Source: Tubiluchus corallicola (Eukaryota; Animalia; Priapulida). From it: 64,000 bases of DNA. A model generated the notes under the pieces. That model made no database searches. It saw nothing but the letters and a program-made list of their open reading frames with translations, and was not told the DNA's origin. The DNA lies in assembly GCA_030141605.1 (NCBI GenBank), contig JAQGDQ010000270.1:124001-188000 (forward strand), in the 5' to 3' direction. Shown piece by piece: positions 21,266 through 31,702 of this stretch. Made by a program: the position numbers and the translations under genes. The stretch's first letter is position 1. Each line of letters starts with the position of its first letter.

Positions 21266-24200
21266 ATGAGTAGTTTATTGAGCCATTATATCCGAAATAT
21301 CTTATTTCTAGCCTGGGTATGTTTACTTCTCCATGGTTGTTCTACAGAGAAGAATACCACTATGTCTCGGGCATATCATAGTGTGACTTCATATTACAAC
21401 ATCTATTTTAATGCGAAAGAGGATGTGAAACAAGGCATTGAGGCTATTGAGCTCTCTATTGAGGATGAGTATACAAGCATGCTTCCGATTTATAAGTCGA
21501 GTAATCCTGGGACGGCAGACGTAGCCAGGCACGATATGGAAACAGCCATTAAAAAGTGTTCTAAACTTATTGTCAAGCATTCTATAACACGAAAGCCCAA
21601 AAGGAGGAGTAAGAGCTCAGAGAGGTATAAGAAGCTGGCTTCTAAGTCGGAGTTTAATCGTTGGGTGGATGAAAGCTACTTATTAATTGGTAAAGCATAT
21701 TTATACATGCATGATTACCATAGGGCGGTAGAGAACTTTTCTTACTTAGTGCGGAATTTCGGATATGAGAACGCCCGCTTTGAGGCGTATGTGTGGATGG
21801 CAAAGGCGCATGTAGTGAATAATCGGTTTATAAATGCTAGTGAGGTGTTTGATTTGCTAAGCGGTGAGCCGAACTTTCCTATAAAGCTTCGGCCTCATCT
21901 TGAGCTGGTTAAGTCAGATTATTACATCAGGCAGGGCCTTTATAAAGAGGCAATATACCATGTGGAAGAGGCATTAATGTTCAGGCTCTCCCGGAGGGAA
22001 AAAATAAGGTACACCTATATTTTGGCACAGTTGTATGCGGAGATAGGTAAGCCGGAGCTGGCGGTAAAGTATTTCCAGGAGGTGATTAGAAAACGCCCAC
22101 ACTACGATATGCTATTTAATGCCCGCCTTAATAAAGCTATACTGTCAGGAGATAATGCTGATTCTGAAGATCTTATGAGGATGTTGAATAAGATGTTGAA
22201 AGATCAGAAAAACGCAGACTTTCGTGATCGTATATATTATGCTATGGGTAAGGTGGCTATGGGAGAAGAAAACAGATCGGGTGCTGTTGATTTTTATCGA
22301 CTATCGGCAGCTACAAGTACGGTAAACCTGGATCAAAGAGCACTATCATGCCTTGAGCTTGCCAGACTGTATTATGATGATGAAATGTATGTTTTATCGA
22401 AAAGGTATTATGATAGTACCCTGGTTGTTATTAATAAAAACTATTTCGGCTATGACGAAATTAATACACGTTCGTCCAGTCTGAACAGATTGGTAAGTAA
22501 TTTATTAATAGTGGAGAGGGAAGATAGTTTACAGAGGATTGCTTTAATGCCGGAAGAAGAGAGAAATGCAGTAATAGACCAGGTAGTTGATAAAGAGAGG
22601 GAAGAGGGGCTCAAGTGGATGCAGGTGGCAGAGCAGAGTTACGCTTTTTCTGAAGGGGGTCAGAGAACCTCTGCTCAAACAGATGCGGGAGCATGGTACT
22701 TTTATAGCCCAGCAACTGTGAGAATGGGTAAGTTGGAGTTCCAACGAATTTGGGGAGAGCGTAAACTTGAGGATGGGTGGAGAAGGTCAAATAAAGCCAT
22801 TGTTTCTACAGAAGAGCCTGATAGATATGCAGATGACGCAATGAAAGATGCATCTCCCGGCATGGAGAGTGAAGAGGTTGTAGATCAGGATTATAGGGAT
22901 AGATACCTTCGTGATTTACCGCTTACTGATTCTTTGATGAGTGTATCGAATGAACGAATACTTATAGCGCTGTTTAATGCGGGTAGAATCTATCACTCGG
23001 ATTTTAATGATTTTAATCGTTCGATAAAGACGCTGGAGGATATGAATAGGCGGTTTCCTAACAATATCTTTGAGCTTCAGTCGTGGTATGAGCTCTACCA
23101 TGTAAATAAGATAATTGAGAATGAAAGGCGTGTTAGGTATTATGAAAAAAAGATAGTGTCAGGCTATCCTGATTCAAAGTATGCTAAGTATCTGTTGAAC
23201 CCAAATTCTATTGCTGAGCAGAAGATGCTTTCTGATAGTATAAATAGCTTATATAGACAGGCATATAGCCATTACCAAGATCGTAATTTTAATGAGGTGG
23301 AGCGGTATGTTAGTAAGATTATGGTAATGGATCCGGATACATTGCTACTGCCCAAGGTACAATTTCTCAAAGTTATTTCCAGAGCTGAAACCATGAGGAT
23401 GCAAGATTTTTCTGTGTTACTTAAAATGTATATTGACAGCTTTCCACAGGCGGAGTCTCATGATCTGGCACTGAAAATATACAAGCTTGTTACTGATAGC
23501 GCGCTTGTTGATTCTCAGAGGTTAATAGCTTCGGGATATATCAATGAGACTATTGAGAATACAGATTATTTTAAGTCTCAGGAGGCTTTAAATGATGAGT
23601 TTGGGGGCAAGTTTTCCTATGAAGATGATATATTTCATTATTTTATAGTTGTGGTACCATGGGGCGGGGGAGTAGATATTGACAGGCTGGTGTTTGATAT
23701 CGCAAACTACAATATAGATTATTACACAATGCAGGACTTTGATATAGAAAAGCTGGATTTGAATGCCAGGTCCAGAATGGTTGTTGTCAGGAGTATGTCT
23801 TCCAAAGAAGAGGGGCTAGCCTATTTCAGGTCTATTATTAGAAATAGAGATGTGTTTAACTCACTGAGAGGAATTGAGTATGTAAATTTTATAGCTTCCT
23901 CGACAAACTACAGGGTCGTGTTAGCGGATAGCGATTATAGTGAGTACTTAAAGTTTTTTACAAAGAATTACAGCCATTTTGTCGGTTCTGATTTTCCTGC
24001 AGAGGATCTTCCGGATTCTGGTAAGGATCTGCCAAGAGCTGGGGGGAGGCATGAGTCAGAAGGGGTACATAGAGAAAAGGACTCTTTTGCGGAGGTTGCT
24101 GTTACAGAAGAGAAGCAGGCCGTAGGTGGAGAGGGGAGTAGTGTAAAGAGAGTAAGGGGCGATAACAGGTTGGGGGCATATAAATACTCTCCTGCTGCTT

Positions 24201-24544
24201 CACATCAGTTTATGTTGGTAATTCCTCATGGTGAGATAGATAAGGAAGCCTTTAAAACACAAATGGAGGAGTATAATAAGTTAAGTTTTGATTTACCAAA
24301 GATAGCGACAAAGGTTATTAGCTTTGATAAAGAGAGAGATGCTCTGGTAGTTGGAGGGCTTGGTGAGAATTCATCTGCTATGGCATATTTCCGGAAGACA
24401 ATAATGACCCGCTCTCTATATGCATCACTTGAGGGTTATGATTATTATAATTTTATTATTGATGACGATAATCTTGCTATACTTTTAAGAGAGAAGTCAA
24501 TTAATGACTATGTAGAGTTTTTTCGCAAATTCTATTTGGAGTAG
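21266..24544 (+). CDS. sprE: T9SS TPR lipoprotein SprE/PorW
   Basis: Lipobox CSTEKNT..SRAYH...YN.YFN, TPR repeats, EDSLQRIA and WYFY...F..IWG.RKLED.WR. Confidence 0.8.
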   Translation: MSSLLSHYIRNILFLAWVCLLLHGCSTEKNTTMSRAYHSVTSYYNIYFNAKEDVKQGIEAIELSIEDEYTSMLPIYKSSNPGTADVARHDMETAIKKCSKLIVKHSITRKPKRRSKSSERYKKLASKSEFNRWVDESYLLIGKAYLYMHDYHRAVENFSYLVRNFGYENARFEAYVWMAKAHVVNNRFINASEVFDLLSGEPNFPIKLRPHLELVKSDYYIRQGLYKEAIYHVEEALMFRLSRREKIRYTYILAQLYAEIGKPELAVKYFQEVIRKRPHYDMLFNARLNKAILSGDNADSEDLMRMLNKMLKDQKNADFRDRIYYAMGKVAMGEENRSGAVDFYRLSAATSTVNLDQRALSCLELARLYYDDEMYVLSKRYYDSTLVVINKNYFGYDEINTRSSSLNRLVSNLLIVEREDSLQRIALMPEEERNAVIDQVVDKEREEGLKWMQVAEQSYAFSEGGQRTSAQTDAGAWYFYSPATVRMGKLEFQRIWGERKLEDGWRRSNKAIVSTEEPDRYADDAMKDASPGMESEEVVDQDYRDRYLRDLPLTDSLMSVSNERILIALFNAGRIYHSDFNDFNRSIKTLEDMNRRFPNNIFELQSWYELYHVNKIIENERRVRYYEKKIVSGYPDSKYAKYLLNPNSIAEQKMLSDSINSLYRQAYSHYQDRNFNEVERYVSKIMVMDPDTLLLPKVQFLKVISRAETMRMQDFSVLLKMYIDSFPQAESHDLALKIYKLVTDSALVDSQRLIASGYINETIENTDYFKSQEALNDEFGGKFSYEDDIFHYFIVVVPWGGGVDIDRLVFDIANYNIDYYTMQDFDIEKLDLNARSRMVVVRSMSSKEEGLAYFRSIIRNRDVFNSLRGIEYVNFIASSTNYRVVLADSDYSEYLKFFTKNYSHFVGSDFPAEDLPDSGKDLPRAGGRHESEGVHREKDSFAEVAVTEEKQAVGGEGSSVKRVRGDNRLGAYKYSPAASHQFMLVIPHGEIDKEAFKTQMEEYNKLSFDLPKIATKVISFDKERDALVVGGLGENSSAMAYFRKTIMTRSLYASLEGYDYYNFIIDDDNLAILLREKSINDYVEFFRKFYLE

Positions 24545-24650
24545 ATAATGTGGTTTTGTATGAAAATCTAGTGTTATTTTTGAAAAAAGCTCTAATGATT
24601 TGTAACTTTAGGAGCGTGTTAATTTTAATCAAGCTATTAAATCTACTTAC

Positions 24651-26210
24651 ATGAGCAATGCCAGTATTCTTTGGGCTGATGACGAGATAGAGTTACTGAA
24701 GCCACATATTTTATTTTTGGAAAATAGAGGGTACTCTATTACTGCAGTAACTAATGGTAATGATGCTATTGAGCAGGTGGGCAGCAGGAAGTTCGATATT
24801 GTTTTTCTTGATGAAAATATGCCGGGTTTATCTGGGTTGGAGACTCTTTCTCATATAAAAGGGATTGCGCCCGGGGTACCTGTTATAATGATAACTCAAA
24901 GTGAAGAGGAGAACATAATAGAGGAGGCGATAGGTGCAAAGATTTCAGATTATCTTATTAAGCCTGTTAATCCTAATCAAATATTACTGTCATTAAAGAA
25001 AAATATTGAGCAGGGCCGGCTGGTTAAGCAGCAAACAACTTCTGCTTATCAGTCGCAGTTTGCCAATATAGAGATGCAGATAAATGAGTCGCTCACTCAT
25101 GATGACTGGAAAGAGGTGTATCGAAAGCTGGTTTTTTGGGAGCTTGAGCTGGAGGATTCGGGAGATAGCACCATGGATGAGGTTTTGAGAATGCAGAAAG
25201 CAGATGCGAATAATGCTTTTGCAAAATTTATTAAGAACAATTATGTAGGTTGGTTTGACAAGCCATTAGTGGAAAGGCCACTTTTATCTCCCGATATATT
25301 TAGAAACAAAGTGTTTCCCATTCTGGATAAAGGTGAGCAGGTACTTGTTTTGATAATAGATAATCTTCGCTATGACCAATGGATGCTTTTGAATAATACT
25401 ATAAGGGAGTTTTATCATACTGATGAGGAAGACCTTTACTTTAGTATACTTCCAACTTCGACGATGTATGCGCGGAATGCGATATTTGCCGGGTTAATGC
25501 CACTGGAAATAAAGAAGCATTATCCGGATTTGTGGGTAGGTGAGCAAGAGGAAGGAGCTAAGAATCGATTTGAGGAGGAGCTTTTTACCCATCAGATGAG
25601 AAGAATGGATAGAAGCGAGAAGTTTATGTTTGATAAGATAACAAATATTAAGTCAGGCAAGAGAGCTATTGATAGCTTGAATAGTATACTATCAATGCCT
25701 CTTTCTGTGATGGTTTTTAATTTTATAGATCTGATGTCACATTCGCGCACTGAGATGGAGATGATTCGGGAGTTGGCGAAGGATGAGTCGGCATATCGTT
25801 CACTTACAGAGTCGTGGTTTAGGCACTCTACTCTCTTTGATTTGCTTAGGGAGCTTTCGTCTCATGATATGAGGATTGTAGTAACGACAGACCACGGCAC
25901 CGTGAAGGTAGGCAATGCGTTTAAGGTTATGGGGGAGCGCTCAACCAATTCCAATTTGCGCTATAAACAGGGACGAAATCTCAATTACGACCGTCGTAAT
26001 GTTTTTGAGTTGAACAGGCCGGAGAGTGGATATCTTCCCTCTTCCAGTGTTAGCTCTTCTTATATTTTTGCCACCGGGTATGACTTTATGGTGTACCCTA
26101 ATAATTTTAATCATTATGCCGGGTACTACCGCGACACATTTCAGCACGGTGGAGTTTCTCTGGAGGAGATGATACTTCCGATTGTCACTTTGTCGCCGAA
26201 AAAGGGATGA
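24651..26210 (+). CDS. porX: PorX-type response regulator (REC plus PglZ domain)
   Basis: ILWADDEIELLKPH, DENMPG, DNLRYDQW, TTDHG and TFQHGG motifs. Confidence 0.93.
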   Translation: MSNASILWADDEIELLKPHILFLENRGYSITAVTNGNDAIEQVGSRKFDIVFLDENMPGLSGLETLSHIKGIAPGVPVIMITQSEEENIIEEAIGAKISDYLIKPVNPNQILLSLKKNIEQGRLVKQQTTSAYQSQFANIEMQINESLTHDDWKEVYRKLVFWELELEDSGDSTMDEVLRMQKADANNAFAKFIKNNYVGWFDKPLVERPLLSPDIFRNKVFPILDKGEQVLVLIIDNLRYDQWMLLNNTIREFYHTDEEDLYFSILPTSTMYARNAIFAGLMPLEIKKHYPDLWVGEQEEGAKNRFEEELFTHQMRRMDRSEKFMFDKITNIKSGKRAIDSLNSILSMPLSVMVFNFIDLMSHSRTEMEMIRELAKDESAYRSLTESWFRHSTLFDLLRELSSHDMRIVVTTDHGTVKVGNAFKVMGERSTNSNLRYKQGRNLNYDRRNVFELNRPESGYLPSSSVSSSYIFATGYDFMVYPNNFNHYAGYYRDTFQHGGVSLEEMILPIVTLSPKKG

Positions 26211-26244
26211 TTATGTACAGGAGTCAAATGAGTTATCTTCTATT

Positions 26245-26601
26245 TTAGAATGTTAATATTTTATCGCTATCAATTACCCATTCAGCTAAATCTGCCATAG
26301 TTGATTTTTCCGCTCCGTCAAAGTATGGGTGATTTTTATAAATCCCACAACGCGACATGCAAGTCCCGCAAACTTTTACCGGAACACCATTGGCAATTAA
26401 GCCTTTTAGCATTTGAGACAGATCCTGGTCATAGCCTTCTGGTAGTTTACAAGCATCTCTTGCCATATCAACAGAGTCATTCATTAGGAAGATCCTCACT
26501 TTTTCCTCACTTTTTCTAAGTGTTTCGGCAAGTCTCAATCCGTTCCAGACCACATCTGTGTTATCGTAAGGCTCACGATTAAAAATTATTAATATTTTCA
26601 T
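26245..26601 (-). CDS. DsrE/YchN family protein
   Basis: MKILIIFNREPY...LRLA...FLMNDSV...CGTCMSRCG. Confidence 0.82.
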   Translation of the reverse strand: MKILIIFNREPYDNTDVVWNGLRLAETLRKSEEKVRIFLMNDSVDMARDACKLPEGYDQDLSQMLKGLIANGVPVKVCGTCMSRCGIYKNHPYFDGAEKSTMADLAEWVIDSDKILTF

Positions 26602-26916
26602 ATAGTACTCCTTGTTTTTAGGATAGCAAGTTGAGTTCATGCTTTAAGCCGAACTCGTGCTAGTTATTAATTTTTTAAGCCTATCTATATTATGAGCTAA
26701 TGCCCTGAGTCCAATTTACTGTTTTTGTTGTACAATTGTGTGAGTTTCTCTCAAGGTTACACAATTTAGAAGCAGGGTTTTACCATATTTAGCTTAAGTT
26801 TTCAATATCTGATTACTCAAGTGTTGAGGCTTTTGCAGCACACACACATTATTTGTTATTTCTCGCCAAAGGCTCTTCCCCTAAAATCCTCATTTACGTC
26901 AGTAAGTTGTAGCTGT

Positions 26917-28449
26917 TTAGCTATCGTTATCGGAAGATGCAAAGGTGTTCTGTTGTACGTGCGCATCAAAATCCTCGCTCATCTTGGATAAAGTCCTCTC
27001 TTCGTTATTAAAATCATCATCCCCTTCATTCAAATAGCCAAATGCTTCATCGTCTAAGTTTAGAAACTGTGCTAAGCTGCTTTTAAATTTAAGCTCTACA
27101 TCGCCTACAGAGCCGTTACGGTGTTTGGCTATGATCACCTCAGCGATACCTGATAGTGATCGCCCTTGAGTATCCTCCACCATGCCGTAGTATTCAGGGC
27201 GGTGAAGAAAAATTACCATATCTGCATCCTGCTCAATAGCGCCCGACTCTCTCAGGTCTGACAGTTGCGGCCTGTTTCCATCTCTGGATTCTACCGACCG
27301 ATTCAGCTGTGAGAGTGCTATGATAGGAACATCCACCTCCTTTGCAATTGCCTTCAGGTTGCGTGATATGCTGCTAACTTCCTGCTCACGATTGCTTTTG
27401 TTGTCAACTCCCGCTGTCATCAACTGCAAGTAGTCGACAATTACAATGCCTATATTATATTGAGCTTTTAATCTTCGGCACTTGGCTCTAAATTCAAAGA
27501 TAGAGAGAGCCGGGGTGTCATCAATAAAAAGGGGTGCGTCCTCGAGGCTTTTAATCTTTTTATCCAGCTGCTCCCATTCCCAATTGTCAAGTATCCCGGA
27601 TTTGATCTTTTCAGATCCCAGCTCTGTTTCTGAGGCAATAAGCCTGGTTGCCAACTGTGATGATGACATCTCCAGAGAGAACACTGCTACAGGGACATTA
27701 TGGTCGATAGCCATATTTCTGGCCATAGAGAGTACAAAAGCTGTCTTTCCCATTGCAGGGCGTGCTGCAACAATAATAAGGTCTGTTTTTTGCCAACCGG
27801 AAGTTATTTTGTCAAGATGCGAGAATCCGGATGGTACACCACTCAACCCGCTACCTTTTTTGGAGTTTTCCTCTATCTGTTCTATTGCACCCCTGAGAAT
27901 AGATTTTATAGGCTGGGACTGCTTAGTTATTGTCCCTTCTGTAACGCCAAATAGTTCAGATTCAGCATAGTCAACTAATTCATCCAGCTCTATTGCATTA
28001 TCAAATGCTTTATTCTGAATACTGCTTGATACGCGAATAATCTCGCGCTGCATAAATTTTTGTGCAATAATTCTTGAGTGCAATTCAATATGTGCAGCAG
28101 AGGCAACTCTTCCTGTCAGCTCGGTTATATAGACCACGCCTCCTGCCTCATCTAGTTGCTCGTTATCTCTTAGTGCCTGAGTTACAACTATAAGGTCTAT
28201 GGGCTTCTCATTTGCACTTAAGTCCTGGATTGTTTTGAAAATAATCTGATTTTCTTTCTTATAAAAGCTTTCAGGTTTAAGTATATTGGCAATAGAGATA
28301 TACGCGCCCTCTTCAAGCATTAGTGCGCCAAGTACGGCCTCCTCCACCTCGGGTGCTTGCGGAGGGATCTTTCCGTAGTGCTCATTAATAAAGTCAATAG
28401 ATAGTTTTTTAGGCGTATTTTTACGTTTTCGTTGCTCCGTTGTTGGCAT
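26917..28449 (-). CDS. dnaB: replicative DNA helicase
   Basis: ARPAMGKT, SLEM, DYLQL, LSQLNR and DLRESGAIEQDAD motifs; no intein. Confidence 0.97.
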   Translation of the reverse strand: MPTTEQRKRKNTPKKLSIDFINEHYGKIPPQAPEVEEAVLGALMLEEGAYISIANILKPESFYKKENQIIFKTIQDLSANEKPIDLIVVTQALRDNEQLDEAGGVVYITELTGRVASAAHIELHSRIIAQKFMQREIIRVSSSIQNKAFDNAIELDELVDYAESELFGVTEGTITKQSQPIKSILRGAIEQIEENSKKGSGLSGVPSGFSHLDKITSGWQKTDLIIVAARPAMGKTAFVLSMARNMAIDHNVPVAVFSLEMSSSQLATRLIASETELGSEKIKSGILDNWEWEQLDKKIKSLEDAPLFIDDTPALSIFEFRAKCRRLKAQYNIGIVIVDYLQLMTAGVDNKSNREQEVSSISRNLKAIAKEVDVPIIALSQLNRSVESRDGNRPQLSDLRESGAIEQDADMVIFLHRPEYYGMVEDTQGRSLSGIAEVIIAKHRNGSVGDVELKFKSSLAQFLNLDDEAFGYLNEGDDDFNNEERTLSKMSEDFDAHVQQNTFASSDNDS

Positions 28450-28729
28450 GAGATTATAATAAGATTTAAAATAAATTTATTCCCAAACCTATCAATTCAG
28501 GATAGTGAGAGTGTCGGGAGTGTCAAAACACGAAACTTTTGCAGACTCTTTCTTGTAAATACTTTCTTCAAAACCCTTAAGTAAACTGCGGCCTTTCATC
28601 GAATTTCCCTTAATTAGAGTCAAAATATTTCGCCTTGCAAAAGGCCTCAGCACCCAAAATTCGGAAATATTTTTGAATACTCAAAAGTATAACTTTTCGG
28701 GCACTGAAAGTTTATTAAACCATGAATTT

Positions 28730-29719
28730 TTATGAGTTTTGCTCCAGTCCTGTCTCTATGATATTTGTAATGACCTCTTTCAGAGTTGCTCCCATTGCAT
28801 TTATTTGTTGTGGTATAAAACTGGTTTCGGTCATTCCGGGCACAGTGTTTACCTCGAGAAAGAAAATTTCATCTTTTCTCAAGATATAATCGATTCTAAC
28901 TATTCCATTACAGTTACACAGGTCATATATTTTTGATGAAACCCTTTGTACCTCTTCTGTCAATTCACCTGATATTTGGGCAGGGGTGATTTCATCTGCC
29001 ATGCCGGGTATATATTTTGCTTCATAATTAAAGAATTCGTTTTTTGGGAGCACCTCCGTTACCGGGAATATGGTTTTTTTATTTCCTACTTTCATTACTC
29101 CACATGTAAGCTCTTTGCCTTCTATATATTCTTCAATCAACACTTCGTTCCCTTCAGTGAATGCTTTTTTTATTGCTGCGCTCAAGTCTTCTGCTTTTTT
29201 TACTTTTGTTACGCCAAAGCTTGAGCCTCCTGCGTTAGGCTTCACAAATAGGGGTGTGTCAAGTTTGTCGACAATCTCACTTATGGAGTAGTTGCTTTCT
29301 TTCGATAAAATATCAGACTTGGCTATTTTGATATCAAAGTTTCTGAGGTAATTGTTGCAGAAGAATTTGTTAAACGTAAGAGCAGAGGAGCAGGTATTGC
29401 AGGTTGAGTATGGTATTCCCATCACCTCGAAATAGCCCTGTAGTAGCCCATCTTCGCCGGGAGTCCCGTGAATAATTATATATGCATATTCAAATTTCAC
29501 TTTATGGTTGACATATTCAAATGAAAAGTCAGATTTGTTTACGCTGGCAACCTGCTCTCCGTCAACGATCACATGCCACTCTCCATGCTTCATATGTACC
29601 ATCCATGGAGTAAACTTCTCCCTGTCTACGGCATTAAAAACATTTACAGCGCTTTTGACTGACACTTTGTACTCTGAGGAGTTGCCACCTGCAACTATTG
29701 CAATATTTCTTTTTTCCAT
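28730..29719 (-). CDS. ddl: D-alanine--D-alanine ligase
   Basis: GGNSSE, HGTPGEDG, GGSSFG and EVNTVPG motifs. Confidence 0.95.
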   Translation of the reverse strand: MEKRNIAIVAGGNSSEYKVSVKSAVNVFNAVDREKFTPWMVHMKHGEWHVIVDGEQVASVNKSDFSFEYVNHKVKFEYAYIIIHGTPGEDGLLQGYFEVMGIPYSTCNTCSSALTFNKFFCNNYLRNFDIKIAKSDILSKESNYSISEIVDKLDTPLFVKPNAGGSSFGVTKVKKAEDLSAAIKKAFTEGNEVLIEEYIEGKELTCGVMKVGNKKTIFPVTEVLPKNEFFNYEAKYIPGMADEITPAQISGELTEEVQRVSSKIYDLCNCNGIVRIDYILRKDEIFFLEVNTVPGMTETSFIPQQINAMGATLKEVITNIIETGLEQNS

Positions 29720-29774
29720 CTATCGTTATAATAATAAGTTTTTTGTGTATAGCACTGGTAATCAGCTACACTTA

Positions 29775-30824
29775 TCAATGCCGATTTGATATATATGTTC
29801 TCCATTTTTCGATAACCTCTGTCATATCCTTTGGCAGCTCTGAATTAAATTCCATTTGTTCATCCGTATGGGGGTGTATAAATCCTAAAGAGCGGGCGTG
29901 AAGGGCCTGTCTGGGAATAATAGAAAAGCAGTTGTCAACAAACTGCTTGTATTTTGTAAAGGTTGTCCCCTTCAGTATCTTATCTCCACCATAGTTACTG
30001 TCATTGAATAGTGGATGTCCTATGTACTTCATGTGAACCCTTATCTGATGGGTTCTTCCTGTTTTTAATATACATTCAACCAGGCTTACATATCCCAGTT
30101 TTTCTACAACACGATAGTATGTTACAGCAGGTTTCCCAAAATCACCATCAGGGAAGACGGTAAATACCTGTCTGTTTTTCAAGCTTCTTCCTATGTTTCC
30201 CTCAATAGTTTCCTCCTCCTTTTTTGGACTTCCCCATACGAGTGCACTATACTTACGCTTTGTTGTTTTGTTAAAAAACTGCATTGCAAGATGGTTTTTT
30301 GCCTGCTCTGCTTTTGCAATAACCATCAATCCAGTGGTGTTTTTATCTATTCGGTGTACCAGCCCTGGGCGCGGGTCGTCTCCACTATATAGGGGCAGAT
30401 TTTTATATCTGTATGCCAGCGCATTTACAAGAGTTCCGGTATAGTTTCCGTGCCCGGGATGCACAACCATTCCGGCCTGTTTGTTTATTACCAGCAGGTG
30501 GTTATCCTCATACACTACATCCAATGGAATATTTTCAGGTATTATTTTTAATTCCCGCTTTGGATAGTCCATCACTATAGATATACTATCTTCCGGTTTT
30601 ATTTTATAGTTTGATTTTACAGCTATACCATTAACCAGCAAGCATGAGGCTTTGGCGGCAAGCTGTATCCTGCTCCGGGATATGGAGCTAAACCTGTTTA
30701 CCAGAAATTTATCTACACGTAAAGGTTTTTGCCCGGCATCAACGGTAATATTGTAGTGTTCAAAAAGCTCATTACCCTCTTCATTCATGCCATCTTCCGT
30801 AGTTACTTCATTCTGTTTGGACAT
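29775..30824 (-). CDS. rluD: RluA-family pseudouridine synthase, RluD-like with S4 domain
   Basis: VHRIDKNTTG and TGRTHQIRVH motifs. Confidence 0.9.
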   Translation of the reverse strand: MSKQNEVTTEDGMNEEGNELFEHYNITVDAGQKPLRVDKFLVNRFSSISRSRIQLAAKASCLLVNGIAVKSNYKIKPEDSISIVMDYPKRELKIIPENIPLDVVYEDNHLLVINKQAGMVVHPGHGNYTGTLVNALAYRYKNLPLYSGDDPRPGLVHRIDKNTTGLMVIAKAEQAKNHLAMQFFNKTTKRKYSALVWGSPKKEEETIEGNIGRSLKNRQVFTVFPDGDFGKPAVTYYRVVEKLGYVSLVECILKTGRTHQIRVHMKYIGHPLFNDSNYGGDKILKGTTFTKYKQFVDNCFSIIPRQALHARSLGFIHPHTDEQMEFNSELPKDMTEVIEKWRTYISNRH

Positions 30825-31632
30825 GAGGTGTTATGCTCTCTTTTAGGGGTTTAGTTTCTTGTTCTTTTATGCTTAGCAGCAGATTGATATGTGTTCCAAA
30901 AGAGATCTGCTTACTTGTTTCGGGAGATGGGGATTGCTCATATATGCGTGCATTTTTCATATCTTCAGGACCGGTTATTGTTCTATCGTAATTCACCGTT
31001 CCAACGTTTAATGATACATCTTGTAGTGCTCTTTTTGCTTCATCGAGTTTCATTCCTATCAGGTCTGGCACTTTGATTCTTCTCTCACCTATGATTTTAC
31101 CCACCACGAGGTCTATATTTGTGCCGATAGGTACAAGAGTTCCCTGGCTAGCATTTTTTCCGGATATTTTTTGTTCAAGAACAAGTTTATCAAACCTTGA
31201 TGGGCGAAATCTTACATTATTAAGCACCAATCCACTTGACTTAATTAAAACACGTGCCTGCCTGAGAGATACGTCTGTCAGTTTGGGTACTGTCGTTTTT
31301 TTGGGGTTTGGGGATGCGATAGTTAAATAAATTTTTCGTCCTTTTTTAATATAGTGTCCGGCCTGTGGGTTTTGTTCTACAACAGTTCCCGGAGTATAGG
31401 AGACATGGTATACAGAATCAACAACAACATACCTGACATTTTTTTTTGCCGCCATCAACCCTATATCTTTGCTATCCAGTCCGTAAAAGTTGGGAGTAGG
31501 AAAGGCTTCCCCATGGTTTGTAAATTTAGCCAAGAAGTGTAAAGTCAGCCATAGCAGCACTACAATAAACAGTATTGCCAATATTATATTGTAAAAAAAA
31601 GTTTTACTGGTAAGAAACTTTCTAAAGCTCAT
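30808..31632 (-). CDS. PASTA domain membrane protein
   Basis: N-terminal TM helix followed by three PASTA-like repeats. Confidence 0.88.
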   Translation of the reverse strand: MSFRKFLTSKTFFYNIILAILFIVVLLWLTLHFLAKFTNHGEAFPTPNFYGLDSKDIGLMAAKKNVRYVVVDSVYHVSYTPGTVVEQNPQAGHYIKKGRKIYLTIASPNPKKTTVPKLTDVSLRQARVLIKSSGLVLNNVRFRPSRFDKLVLEQKISGKNASQGTLVPIGTNIDLVVGKIIGERRIKVPDLIGMKLDEAKRALQDVSLNVGTVNYDRTITGPEDMKNARIYEQSPSPETSKQISFGTHINLLLSIKEQETKPLKESITPHVQTE

Positions 31633-31702
31633 AACAAATTGTTTGCCAGATTAAAAGGCGCATCTAGTGCACATTAATATATCTGTAAATTTAGTGAAAA
31701 AA

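Noticed and set aside
24651-26210. PglZ domain as a sign of a BREX system
   Set aside because: The REC-PglZ architecture is the T9SS regulator PorX, and no brx genes are adjacent.
26917-28449. Intein in DnaB
   Set aside because: 510 aa with contiguous helicase motifs and no insertion.
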